Virus record (IMG/VR): IMGVR_UViG_3300046694_000299
Span: 11,119-75,118 of that record
DNA: 64,000 nucleotides
Source: a virus
Direction: 5' to 3' (one strand)
Below the pieces are notes generated by a model. It did not search any database, had not been told where the DNA came from, and saw only the letters and a list, made by a program, of their open reading frames with translations. The translations under genes were made by a program, and so were the position numbers. Positions 39,429-49,476 of the stretch are shown in pieces (positions within the stretch are counted from its first letter, which is position 1; each line of letters begins with the position of its first letter).

Positions 39429-42344
39429 TCAGACTCGGAATGACCAGAAATAGATGCCACCCGCGCCGTTCAGGGCAGGGCTGATCGTCAACGTAAAACC
39501 GGTCGTCGAGTTGGCGCTGAGGCAGTCGGAGTGGACGATGTCGTCCTCGACGGTGCACACCATGCGCGTAATCGACGCCCGCGTAGTGCCGTAGCTGACA
39601 GCCAGGGAGGTCGTTGCGGAGAATCCGACGCGGCCCATCATCAGGCCCTGCGTCGCCCCGAAGTCGATGTAGTCGGTCCACCTGCCGTAGTGGCTTGTCT
39701 TACCCGCGTTGTCGAATACGAGACTATTTGCGGCTGATGTCCCGTCATCGAACCCAATCCATCCCTGATTCGCGATTGCGGAGAACTTTCCCCCGTTGAC
39801 GAAATCGACAGTCAGTTGACTCGTGTCCGCATAAAGTCGTCCGCCGTCCACCCCGCCGCGGTTGAACCCGGCATAGAGCGACGCTGGTTGCGCCCACACA
39901 TAGCCGCCGCGGCGTGACTGGTCATCTGCTCGGATGACCGCAAACTCAGCCTTGTTGGTGGTAAGGAAGGCGCGTGAGATGACCTGGGTGCCGGTGCCGT
40001 CGTCGTAGGGCGACGAGTTCACGCCGAGGTTGATGTCTGTGCCCGACGAGGTGGCGTTGATGTAGCCGTAGTCGGTGCCCGTGTTGGCGTACCAGCGGAT
40101 CTCCGGCAGGAACGTGCTGGTCGGGTTGATCTCGATGCGCTTCCCGGACGTGCCGGATTTCAGCTGGCCAACGATGGACACGGATCCGTCGGCGGCGGCG
40201 ATGGCGACGGTCTGATCCCCGGCAGCATTCCATGCCGCGATGCCGCCGGAGTTGAGTTCGACGCGGGACCCGGTATCGGAGGTTTTGATGCGGGCGCCGA
40301 CGATGAAGTCGGCATTGATCGTCCCTGCGGTCACCTTGGAGACGGTCAGGTCGGAGATGTGCGCGTCGTCGATGAGCAGGGCCGTCGAGCTCGCGGCGTC
40401 CGACGGCCCCGACTTGTTGCCCGTCATGTCGACAGCTACGACCCGCACGTAGCGGGTACTGACCTCCTCGACCTGCACCGTGGCGACGACGGGAATCTGC
40501 GCCTGAATCATGCCCGCCGTCGCGGACACCTTCGCCTTGAGGGTCGTCGCCGAGGGCGTGAACGTCGGCTCGTAGTCGACGTGGATCTCCAAATGGTGGA
40601 GGTCGCTTTCGAGGTTGTAGGTGCCGCCGCTCGACGTGCCGAGCGTATGGGTGACCTGCACGGCGATCCGTGACGCGGCCACCGACGGGGCAGCCGGAGT
40701 GCTGGGCGGAATGTTGTCGGCGCTGGCCACGAACGTCGTCGTACCCGACCAGGCGCCGGTGTTGCCCGTCTTGTCGACAGCCCGGATCTGGACGTCGTAG
40801 CCGATCCCCGGCGAAAGGTCCGTGAGCTGCGCCGTGGTGTCGCCCCAGGCCGCGTACACCGTCAGCCACTTGCCGGTGGGCGCGGCGAACGGCTGCTTCC
40901 ACAGCTGCATGTCCTGCCACCGGATCTGAGACACCTGCGACCACGTCGCCGGATAGATCATGTCCGTGTCGACGGCATACCGGACCTCGTAGTGATCCCC
41001 GTCCAAGACCGTGCTGCCGTCGATGTTCAGGGGCGCGTTCCACTGGACGATCGTCCGCGCCCGGGTGAAACCCCGCCCATCGAGGTAAGCGGCGCCGGAG
41101 AACGGGGTCACGAACACGGGCACGCCGGGAATCGACGTGTCGGCGTTCGGCCTGCTACCGACAGGCTCGGTGCCAGTGTTGGCGAGCTGCCGGGAGAAGT
41201 CGCCGACGGTCACCGTGTTGGTGCCGTCAGTCTCCCATTCCACGTACTGGGTGAGATCGATCCACGCCCCGGTCACGGTGCGGTAGGCGACCGTGTAGGC
41301 GTTGGTGACCGCCCACGACGTTTCGGTGACCTGGAGCTTGAGCGGGTTGATTCGCCCCCCACGGAACGTGATCTCCGTGGTCGTATCGACCAGCCCGGCG
41401 TCGGGGTTGTACACCCACACCCGGTCACCGACCTGGAAGGACCCGTGGACGTCGTAGTCGGCGGTCGACAGGGTCAGCGCGTTGCGGGTGGAGATGAACT
41501 GCGACAAGGCCAGCTGGGCGCGCGTCGCGGCGTTCCCGGTCGCCGTGTCCGACTCGGACACCAGCCGCGTCAGCTTGAGGGCGTTGCCGTGGATGTCCTT
41601 GTACGGCGTCGCCGGGGTGATGTCCGCCGTACCCGTGGCGATGCTCGAACCCTCACCCTCGGCGAGGAGGACCACGCGGGTGGAGTAGTCCTCCATGTCC
41701 CGGGTGACGTCCATCGAGCCGGGGAGCGCCCGCAACGCCATGTCCTCGCCGGCGCCGCTGGCGAGGATGACGCACGTCGGGTTGGTGACGAACAAGTTGC
41801 TGTCCGGGCCGGCATCCAGGGTCCCGTTTCCGTTGACGCGCCAGGAAACGGGCACCGAGGTCGTCGACATGGTGTCGCACACGTAGCCGATCGCAGACCG
41901 CGGGGATTCGTACTGGTGGTGGCCTGTGTACTGGCCTGCCACGGAGTAGATGGTGCCCGCGGTGACGGCGCCCGCCCCGGACGCGGGGAGCAGCATGTTG
42001 ATCGTGGTGGCGAAGCTGGCGCTGGCGGGCGTGACGGCGTTCTCGTAGACCGCACCCTTGCCGTCTTCGTCGCCCAGCCACATGGCCATGCCGACGCCGC
42101 CGACGGAGAGATCGTCTTGGGGGGCGTTGGTTCGGCCGTCGTCGCCGATCGTCTTGGTGCGGAGGACGCCGACGTAGCGGGCGGTGGTGAGGAGGTTGTC
42201 GCCGTACTGGAGCGGGTCGAGCCGCCCGGGGGCGATCGCGACATGGCCGAAGTAGTCGAGGGCGTCGAGGACGTCGCGGGGCGTCCCGGGCAGGAGTTTG
42301 ATCTCCCAGGAGCCGAGGGCTTTGAGAACCTCTTGGACACTCAC
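39429..42344 (-). CDS. large minor tail protein (Tal-like tip protein with FN3-like repeats, 971 aa)
   Basis: GTG 42344 lies behind GGAGG. Size and position fit the gene after the Dit-like gene. The 3' ~400 bp is clearly lower in GC. Confidence 0.85.
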   Translation of the reverse strand: MSVQEVLKALGSWEIKLLPGTPRDVLDALDYFGHVAIAPGRLDPLQYGDNLLTTARYVGVLRTKTIGDDGRTNAPQDDLSVGGVGMAMWLGDEDGKGAVYENAVTPASASFATTINMLLPASGAGAVTAGTIYSVAGQYTGHHQYESPRSAIGYVCDTMSTTSVPVSWRVNGNGTLDAGPDSNLFVTNPTCVILASGAGEDMALRALPGSMDVTRDMEDYSTRVVLLAEGEGSSIATGTADITPATPYKDIHGNALKLTRLVSESDTATGNAATRAQLALSQFISTRNALTLSTADYDVHGSFQVGDRVWVYNPDAGLVDTTTEITFRGGRINPLKLQVTETSWAVTNAYTVAYRTVTGAWIDLTQYVEWETDGTNTVTVGDFSRQLANTGTEPVGSRPNADTSIPGVPVFVTPFSGAAYLDGRGFTRARTIVQWNAPLNIDGSTVLDGDHYEVRYAVDTDMIYPATWSQVSQIRWQDMQLWKQPFAAPTGKWLTVYAAWGDTTAQLTDLSPGIGYDVQIRAVDKTGNTGAWSGTTTFVASADNIPPSTPAAPSVAASRIAVQVTHTLGTSSGGTYNLESDLHHLEIHVDYEPTFTPSATTLKAKVSATAGMIQAQIPVVATVQVEEVSTRYVRVVAVDMTGNKSGPSDAASSTALLIDDAHISDLTVSKVTAGTINADFIVGARIKTSDTGSRVELNSGGIAAWNAAGDQTVAIAAADGSVSIVGQLKSGTSGKRIEINPTSTFLPEIRWYANTGTDYGYINATSSGTDINLGVNSSPYDDGTGTQVISRAFLTTNKAEFAVIRADDQSRRGGYVWAQPASLYAGFNRGGVDGGRLYADTSQLTVDFVNGGKFSAIANQGWIGFDDGTSAANSLVFDNAGKTSHYGRWTDYIDFGATQGLMMGRVGFSATTSLAVSYGTTRASITRMVCTVEDDIVHSDCLSANSTTGFTLTISPALNGAGGIYFWSFRV

Positions 42345-42348
42345 CCGA

Positions 42349-44010
42349 CTACCTCCGGACTCCGTAGACGGCTTCCGGCATTGCCGCAAGGTACTGGTTC
42401 CGCAGGTCGGTGGCGGCGTCTCCGGCGGCAACGGGGAGGCGCACGCGGACTTCGTCGCAAATGATCACGTCCGTGGCGGGCGGGAAGTTCGCGACCGTCG
42501 GCGAGACCGTTGCGGTAACCGCGTTGGCGGGGGCGGTGACAGTGCCGTCGTAGAAGGTATACGTGTTCGCGACGAGCGTGTTCGTGACAGTGCTGGTCGA
42601 CAGATACGCGGCGGCGTTGTTGAACCAGTTGACGTTCAAGTCGACCGCTCGGGCGGTGGCGCAGCGGATCCACGCCGTGGCCCGGTAGGCAGTGCCCGCG
42701 GTGACGGCGAATCCGGCGGATTCGATCGACGGGAACTGAGCGACACCGTTCGGTGTGAACTGAGCAGCGCCGACACCGACCTTGACTGGGGTGGTGACAC
42801 GTACCGCAGTGCCGCCGTTGATGGTCCAGCCGGTCAGGTTCGTCTCAAATCCGGGGTTGCTGTTAAGGGTGACGCCACCCCCGCCGGTGGATGACACGCC
42901 GAGCCAGAAGTCCATTGCGGTCGCGGTGTTCTTCTGGACGCCGCCGTTGGCCGGGGCGATGAATGTCCGTGCACTGCCGCAGGCGAAACGGTTCCCGTCG
43001 GAATCGTCGACGGTTGCCGTGAGATAGCCCTGCGCGGACGTGTCGACGAACGCCTCCGCCGTGTTGAGCTGCACCTTCAGTAGGTCGGGGGCGGTGCCGC
43101 GCTGCATGTACCCCTCGACGATGCGGGAGCCGCGGCGCAGCGTCAGGTCGAGGGTGAGGCGCCCTGGCGACAGGCCTTTGATCAGGCGCAGGATCACCAT
43201 TTCGGGGTCGTTCCGCAGCAGGGTGGCCCCGTCCCACGCCGTGACCTGGATGGTGGAGCTGGCGAAGACGGCCCATGGCTTCGTCTGGTAGGCGCCGCCC
43301 GTGTAGGTCTGGACGTCGAGGGTGCCGCCGCCGGTCGCCGACCAGGTGACGTTGATCAGCCCGTTGGTGAGAGACCAGCCGGTCGTGGCGAGGGGGACGT
43401 CAACGCCGTACACCTCCTGCCCGCCCGTCGTGGTGGCGCGGACCCGGCCGGCCAGGTAGGCGGTGGGCAGGCAGCCCCAGCGCGGGGACGTGTTGGCGGG
43501 GACGGTGCGGTAGACGGTAATGGTGCCGTCGGCGCCGGTGCGCGTCATGAGGGTGGGGTTGGTGGCGCCGGTGTAGTAGCCGTAATGGCCGATCGGCGGT
43601 GCGTGCCAGCGCTCGCCGGCGAGGGCGAAGTCGTTGAGGCGGACCGCGCCGGTGAGCCTGCTCTGCAGGTCCGTTTCGGCGTCGGATCCGACCCGGTCCA
43701 GAGAGACCTTCCAGGAACTGGTGACGGTTTCGTTGAGGTATTCGGTGTAGGTCGCCCCAGAGCTCTTCACCGTGTAGTAGCCGGAACGTTCCGGCTTGTC
43801 GGTGAAGGTCACCGGGATGACCTGGCCGGGGATCAGGGAGTTGATCCCGTCATGCCGCGCGATGACCTGCGCCCGCGTGAGGGGCGGGTACGACTCCTGG
43901 CCTTCGAGGTCGAGGCCGCGACCGTCGCCGCCGCCGGACTCGGTGGCGACGAACGTCTCGCGGAGAGGGATGCGGCCGACGGTGAGGTCACCCCAGTTGA
44001 AGAGTCCCAT
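42349..44010 (-). CDS. distal-tail (Dit)-like protein with C-terminal carbohydrate-binding-module-like domain
   Basis: ATG 44010 overlaps the TMP stop. The C-terminus 'NPGFETNLTGWTINGG...' is CBM_4_9-like. Confidence 0.8.
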   Translation of the reverse strand: MGLFNWGDLTVGRIPLRETFVATESGGGDGRGLDLEGQESYPPLTRAQVIARHDGINSLIPGQVIPVTFTDKPERSGYYTVKSSGATYTEYLNETVTSSWKVSLDRVGSDAETDLQSRLTGAVRLNDFALAGERWHAPPIGHYGYYTGATNPTLMTRTGADGTITVYRTVPANTSPRWGCLPTAYLAGRVRATTTGGQEVYGVDVPLATTGWSLTNGLINVTWSATGGGTLDVQTYTGGAYQTKPWAVFASSTIQVTAWDGATLLRNDPEMVILRLIKGLSPGRLTLDLTLRRGSRIVEGYMQRGTAPDLLKVQLNTAEAFVDTSAQGYLTATVDDSDGNRFACGSARTFIAPANGGVQKNTATAMDFWLGVSSTGGGGVTLNSNPGFETNLTGWTINGGTAVRVTTPVKVGVGAAQFTPNGVAQFPSIESAGFAVTAGTAYRATAWIRCATARAVDLNVNWFNNAAAYLSTSTVTNTLVANTYTFYDGTVTAPANAVTATVSPTVANFPPATDVIICDEVRVRLPVAAGDAATDLRNQYLAAMPEAVYGVRR

Positions 44011-47000
44011 CAGGCGCGGCTCCTGTCGGAAAGGCGGATGGCTTCCTTCATCTCCTTGACGAGGGCGTTCGCCGCGGCCCGGCGGGATGCAGGGCTGGAG
44101 AAGTCGAAGGTGCCGCTGATGTTGATCGCCTGAATGGTGATCGGGCCGCCCGCGCTGGAGCTGGCCAGCATCGCGTCGAGCTTGGCCGTGTGGTCCGCTG
44201 ACAGGACCCGCTCGGGGCGGCCGGTGGCGTTGACGGACATCGTCGCCCCGGGCTGGAGCAGGCCGCCCGAGTCGAACTTGGCGGCCGGTGCGAATCCCCA
44301 GCGGCTGGTGAACAGGCCGTCGTTGTAGCCGCGGGCGCTCTTGCCCATGTGGACGCCGCGTCCGCCGCTGGACTCGACGTTCATGCCGCCGATGGTGCCC
44401 GCGGTGTGGCCCACGCCCGCATTCGTGATGCCGATCATGAACGGGGAGTTCAGGTTCCGCACCCACCCAGACGGGCCGCTCGACCCGGAGAACGCGCCGG
44501 TCGCCCACCGGCGGTGCGGGCGCTCCCCGCGGATCACGGACTCAATCGCGGACATCAGACCACTGCAGTCCCAGCTGGGGTTCCCGTTGCCGGCCCACTG
44601 ATAGGGCAGCCCGTTCTGGGTCTTCACCCACGACATCGCGCGCTGTACGGCCGGCCCGCCCACGGCTTTTTTGTCCTCGTTGCCGAACCAGCCGAGCATC
44701 CCGTCGACGGCCTTGTTCGTCAGGCCCCGCATGAGGTTGCCGATGCCGCTGCCGGGGATCTGGTTGATGAGCGGGCGGACAAGCGCGGAGAGGGCCTTCT
44801 GTGCGGCAGCCTTGAGCCCGCCGAGGACGAGGTCTTTCGTCCACGAGGCGGCGGAACTGACGGCGCCTCCGATGGCGCTGCCGATGGTGCCGATGATCCC
44901 ACCGCCCGCGAAGTGCGGGGTGGCCTGCTGGCGCTTGCGTTCCTGCTGGCTGGTCGGGTTGCCGCCCGTCTTGGTGGGGTGGTCCTTGCCGAGCATGGCG
45001 TCGATGCCCCGATGCCCGCCGAGGGCTGCCACCTGCTGGTTGGACAGGATGCGCTCGCCAGGGGTGAGCATCGCGGGGACGGTGTCTTTGTTGCCGCTGC
45101 CGGGGACGACGCCACCGCGGTTGAAGCCGAGGCTGATCGACGGAAGCGTGATCTTTGAGCTGATCTTTCCGGCGATACTGTTCCACATTTTGCGGATGCC
45201 GTTGTTGTAGACGGTGTTCACGACGAACCGAACGGGGCTAGCGATCTTCGACTTCACGCCGTCCCAGATCGTCCCCAGGCTGTCCCGCAGCGTGGAGAAC
45301 GCCGTCTTCATTGACGACTTGAACGTGTTGATCTTTCCGTTGATCGTGGAGAAGATCCCGGAGATTTTGTCGCGGGCCCCGTTCCAGAGGTTGTTCCACG
45401 TGTTCGTGATGCCGTTCTTGAGGTCGGACACGCCGTTCTTCACGGTCGTCCACGCCCCGGAGATCGCCGACCGCAGGCCACTCCAGAAGCTGTTCCACTT
45501 CGTGCGGACGCCATCCCACAGGCTGTTCCACGTGCTCACGACCCAGTTCTTCAGGTCCGTAAAGATCTTCTTCGTGCCGTTCCACAGCGACGTGAACCAT
45601 CCGATGATCGCCTTGACCAGGTCCGGGATGATGCTGTGCCCGACGAGGACGTCGTACAGCCACTGGAAGCCCTTGACGATCTCCTTCAGAACCCACGCCA
45701 CACCGTTGGCCAGGTTCGTCAGCCACCCGATCACCGTCGTGATCACCGGGACCAGAATGCCGATCGCGCCAGCCAGAACCCCTGCCAGCAGCTGCGCGAG
45801 ACCGACAATGAGCGGCATCATTGGCATGATCGCCATTGTCGCCAGGTTCACGAACGCCACGATCAGTTGGCCGAGCGGCGGGATCAGCGGCGTCAGCGCA
45901 GTCAGCAGCTGCGGGAAGATCGGCGCCAACTGGCCCAGGAACTGCCCGACCAACTGCACCACGGGCAACAGCGCGGCGAAGATCGGCACAAGAGCCTTGG
46001 CGAGCATGGCGACGAACGGAACCAGCGCGTCTAGCAACGTCTTGATGAACGGTGCGATCGCCTTGACGACGGTGGCGATCAGGTTGCCGATGGGCTGCAG
46101 CAGCGGCATGACCGCCTGCACCAGGCCGACGAGAACGCCACCGACGTCCTTCACCACGGGCAGCAGCGCCGTGATGATCGGCATCAGGGCTTTGCCCAGC
46201 GCCCCGGCGAGGTCGGCGAGGACCGGGCCGAACTTCTGGGCGAGTTCGGTGACGACGGGTGCCAGTGCCGCCAGCAGCGGCAGCGCCGCTTGGATGACCG
46301 CGCCGAGAGTTCCCGCCACCAATTTCGCGATGGAGTTGATCGCCGCAAAGATGGTCGTGAGGGCCTTCTGTACTTCCGGCATTGCGGTGATCTTGCGGAG
46401 TTCCTTGAACACCGCGCCGATCCCGCCCAGCGCGTCACCGCCCGCAGCCCCGGCGGCCTTCAGGATGTTGCCGATGGTGCCGAAGATGTCCCCGGCCAGG
46501 TGCCCGAACTGCTTGGCGATATCGATCGCCTGGTCGATGATCTTTTCCAGGTGACCGTTCTTGAACGCCTTGTCGAGTTGCTGGGAGAACCGGTCGAAGA
46601 CCCCTGCGCCCGCCGTCGTGATCCTCTTGAACGCCGGGGATGCGGCGATGGACACCTGCGCGAGGCCCTTGATGAACTGACCAGGCACCCGCGACAGCGG
46701 CTTCAGCCCGTCGTTCAGGCCGGAGAACATCTTCTTCAGCATGCCGGTCTTGCCGAGCTCGGTGACCGCGCTCGCGGCGTTCTTCGCCATGCCGTTCAGG
46801 ACCGTGGCCGTGCCCGTCAGCCCGGTTGTAAGGGACGGCAGGATGGCCGACGACATCGTCGTGAACGTCTGCCCCAGCCCCGCGAACAGGGCATTCTGCA
46901 CGTCGAGCTTCAGCCCGCGCCAGGCTTCACGCTGGGCGAGGACCGCGTTGACGAACGCCCGCGCATTCGGGGCGAGCTTCGCCATGGCGTCGGCAACCTT

Positions 47001-48662
47001 GTTCGTTGCTGTCGCGCTGGACGTCTGCGCGTCGGCCATGGCGCGCGCCGCATCGGCTACCGCGGCCTGCGCGTCGGCGATCTGGCGTGCGCCATCGACG
47101 GCAGCCTTACGGGCAGCGTCGCGGGCGTCGGCGAGGTCCCGCTCGGCTTTGGCGATCTTCTGTAGGCCGTCCTGCGCGTTGCGAGCCTGCTCGATCTCCG
47201 CGTCCTTCAGGGACTGCGTCTTGTCAGTGACGCTCTGGTTGGCGTCGGAGATCTTCTGCTTGGCGTCGGCAACGGTCTTGCTGCCCTCAACCCCAGCCTT
47301 GTTAGCGTCCGCGGCCTGCTGCTGGAGGCGGGTGGTCTCGGTCTGCTGCTCCTCCAAGGCCTGGACGGCGCGGTCGTACTGGAGCTGCGCCTTGTCGATC
47401 TCTTCCTGGGTGGCCTTGGCGCCCTTCGCCTTGACCGCGGCCAAGTTCTGCTCAGCGTCCTGAAGGTCCAAGACCTTCTGCCGCTGGTCGAGCTGGGCGT
47501 CGGCGAGCCGGTTGTTGAGGTCTTCCAGCTCCTGCGCCGCATCCTTACGGGCCTGGGTGAGGTCGACTTGAGCCTGCCGTGCTGCACGCTGCGCGTCCGC
47601 GAGGTCCCGCTCGGCCTGCGCTACCTGCTCTGCCGCCCTGCGGTTGGAGTCCGCCACATCCGAGACGGTGTTCTTGAGGTTGAGCTGGGCGTCCTGGATC
47701 TGCCGGGCCGCCTGTACCCGGGCCGCCGCGGCGGCGACCTCGGCGTCCTTCACGCCCTGCTGAGCCTTGGCTAGGGAGCGTTGAGCGTTCTCGACCTGCC
47801 GGATGGACTTGGTGGCCGCGCCGGCGCTGGATGCGGCCGGCGCGAATGCCGCCTTGAACGCGTCACCGATCCCCGACGTGCCGACCTTGATGGCGGCGAA
47901 CGCGGCCCCCAGAGAGAGGACGGCAGGTGCGGCTACGGCGGCTGCGGGGCCCATCGCGGCCAGCGACTGGCCTAGCGATGCGATTGTCGGCAGCGATCCG
48001 ACGGCCAGCGAGGTCAGCATCATGAGCCGCGACGACAGCATGCCCACTCCGCCAGCCGAGCCGCTGGCACTGTTCCCAATCCCGGCAAGTCCGGCCAGGC
48101 TGCCGAGCAGGCGGGTGCGGACGTTCACGGTGCGGTCGCGGGTGAGGAGGGCGAGACGGGCGGCTGCGTCGGCGGTGTCGGCGCGGGCCTGCACGGTCAT
48201 GGTGCGCCGCCGGGTCAGGTTGGCGAGACTATCGGCCGCCACGCGGGTGTCGACGTCGACGCCGATGCGGACCTGCCGACGCTGGATCAGGTTGCGGATC
48301 TCCGCTGCGGCGACTCGCGTGTCGACGGAGGCGCGGATGTTGACGACGCGCTCGGCGGTGAGCCGGTCGAGCTGGGCCTGAACGCGCCTGAGAGCCGTGT
48401 CGTTCATCTTCGGCGTGACGGTGACGTCAAGGTCTCGCAGCCGCAGCCGAGACATCGCCGACTCGTCCACCTTGATCCTGGCGGTGATGATGCGCTCGCG
48501 GGCGAGCCGGTCCAGCTTGGCGAGGGCGGCCCGGTCGTCGACATCGATGCCGACCTTGACCTTGTTGTCCTTGGACTTGAGGCGGGCCATGGCGCGGTCG
48601 TAGGCGGACTCGTCGGCCGTGACCTCGACATATCCCTCGGCTATGCGAAATGAGCCCGCCAC
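44010..48662 (-). CDS. tape measure protein with embedded NlpC/P60 peptidase domain
   Basis: 1550 aa. Coiled-coil N-terminus and hydrophobic Gly/Ala/Leu-rich middle. 'GLPYQWAGNGNPSWDCSGL' near the C-terminus. Confidence 0.92.
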   Translation of the reverse strand: MAGSFRIAEGYVEVTADESAYDRAMARLKSKDNKVKVGIDVDDRAALAKLDRLARERIITARIKVDESAMSRLRLRDLDVTVTPKMNDTALRRVQAQLDRLTAERVVNIRASVDTRVAAAEIRNLIQRRQVRIGVDVDTRVAADSLANLTRRRTMTVQARADTADAAARLALLTRDRTVNVRTRLLGSLAGLAGIGNSASGSAGGVGMLSSRLMMLTSLAVGSLPTIASLGQSLAAMGPAAAVAAPAVLSLGAAFAAIKVGTSGIGDAFKAAFAPAASSAGAATKSIRQVENAQRSLAKAQQGVKDAEVAAAAARVQAARQIQDAQLNLKNTVSDVADSNRRAAEQVAQAERDLADAQRAARQAQVDLTQARKDAAQELEDLNNRLADAQLDQRQKVLDLQDAEQNLAAVKAKGAKATQEEIDKAQLQYDRAVQALEEQQTETTRLQQQAADANKAGVEGSKTVADAKQKISDANQSVTDKTQSLKDAEIEQARNAQDGLQKIAKAERDLADARDAARKAAVDGARQIADAQAAVADAARAMADAQTSSATATNKVADAMAKLAPNARAFVNAVLAQREAWRGLKLDVQNALFAGLGQTFTTMSSAILPSLTTGLTGTATVLNGMAKNAASAVTELGKTGMLKKMFSGLNDGLKPLSRVPGQFIKGLAQVSIAASPAFKRITTAGAGVFDRFSQQLDKAFKNGHLEKIIDQAIDIAKQFGHLAGDIFGTIGNILKAAGAAGGDALGGIGAVFKELRKITAMPEVQKALTTIFAAINSIAKLVAGTLGAVIQAALPLLAALAPVVTELAQKFGPVLADLAGALGKALMPIITALLPVVKDVGGVLVGLVQAVMPLLQPIGNLIATVVKAIAPFIKTLLDALVPFVAMLAKALVPIFAALLPVVQLVGQFLGQLAPIFPQLLTALTPLIPPLGQLIVAFVNLATMAIMPMMPLIVGLAQLLAGVLAGAIGILVPVITTVIGWLTNLANGVAWVLKEIVKGFQWLYDVLVGHSIIPDLVKAIIGWFTSLWNGTKKIFTDLKNWVVSTWNSLWDGVRTKWNSFWSGLRSAISGAWTTVKNGVSDLKNGITNTWNNLWNGARDKISGIFSTINGKINTFKSSMKTAFSTLRDSLGTIWDGVKSKIASPVRFVVNTVYNNGIRKMWNSIAGKISSKITLPSISLGFNRGGVVPGSGNKDTVPAMLTPGERILSNQQVAALGGHRGIDAMLGKDHPTKTGGNPTSQQERKRQQATPHFAGGGIIGTIGSAIGGAVSSAASWTKDLVLGGLKAAAQKALSALVRPLINQIPGSGIGNLMRGLTNKAVDGMLGWFGNEDKKAVGGPAVQRAMSWVKTQNGLPYQWAGNGNPSWDCSGLMSAIESVIRGERPHRRWATGAFSGSSGPSGWVRNLNSPFMIGITNAGVGHTAGTIGGMNVESSGGRGVHMGKSARGYNDGLFTSRWGFAPAAKFDSGGLLQPGATMSVNATGRPERVLSADHTAKLDAMLASSSAGGPITIQAINISGTFDFSSPASRRAAANALVKEMKEAIRLSDRSRA

Positions 48663-48665
48663 CCG

Positions 48666-49438
48666 TCACCCTCCTCCGCTCACAATTCCGGGGAACATCA
48701 CCCGGAAGGCCGTCAAGCTGACTTCCTTCGTCCCGCCGTGGTCCTGTTGGGCGGGCTGGGTGCTGCTGGTGCGGGTGGTTGTGCTGCTGCTCTGGTCTTG
48801 CTCTTCTTCGACTCGGGCCGCCATCACGCCCTGGTAGGCGGTGAGCCTGTGGGCGAGGGCGAAGTATCGGGGTGCGCTGATCTCGTGCTCATCGAGATCA
48901 ATGCCGTAGATAGCGAGGAAGTCGGCGTCCAGGTCGGCCAGGTGGTCGAGGGTCCAGACGAGTTCCTCGACCCGGTCCCCGACCGGCTGGGCCCAGTCCG
49001 GCTCTGCGTCCCGTAGAAGCCGGATCCACGCCGGGCCGTCGTCTACCTGGCTTTTCCCCCTTGCTTCTCTCGCTGCCCCAGGGCCAGTTCCAGGACCTTG
49101 TCGACGATCCACTCCATCTGGTCCTCGGTGAGCGCCCTCGACTGCTCCAGCGCCAAGTAGGCGTCCTCGCCCAGGACGCGCTCGAGGAGCGGAGCGGTGG
49201 CTACTTCGCGGCCGTGCGTCCGGGCCTCCCTCAGGTATTGCAGGGCGACACCGGGCGCGATCTTCTTCGGGATCGTGTACTCGTCGTCGCCGATGTAGAA
49301 GAGGGGGACGCGCTCCTCTTCGATTTCGTCGTTGGCGGCGATCCGGATCGGCTCGAATTCCAGATCGCCGCCGACAGCCGGCTTGGCCACCGCGCGCTTC
49401 CGGGCGGCTGCGGTGCTCTGACGTGTGGTGGATGCCAT
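48666..49438 (-). CDS. tail assembly chaperone G-T fusion product (-1 frameshift)
   Basis: Track ORF 48666..49112 is in the -1 frame relative to 49043..49438 and overlaps its 3' end. Confidence 0.7.
49043..49438 (-). CDS. tail assembly chaperone (G-like, 131 aa)
   Basis: Trimmed to ATG 49438. Lies between the major tail and TMP genes. Confidence 0.8.
   Translation of the reverse strand: MASTTRQSTAAARKRAVAKPAVGGDLEFEPIRIAANDEIEEERVPLFYIGDDEYTIPKKIAPGVALQYLREARTHGREVATAPLLERVLGEDAYLALEQSRALTEDQMEWIVDKVLELALGQREKQGGKAR
49052..49058 (-). other. slippery heptamer G GGA AAA
   Basis: Lies in the zero frame 2 codons before the G-frame TAG. A -1 slip enters the 48666..49112 frame. Confidence 0.7.
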
Positions 49439-49476
49439 GGGTAGTGCTCCTCGAAGCGTGCAGGGACAGGCGTCGG

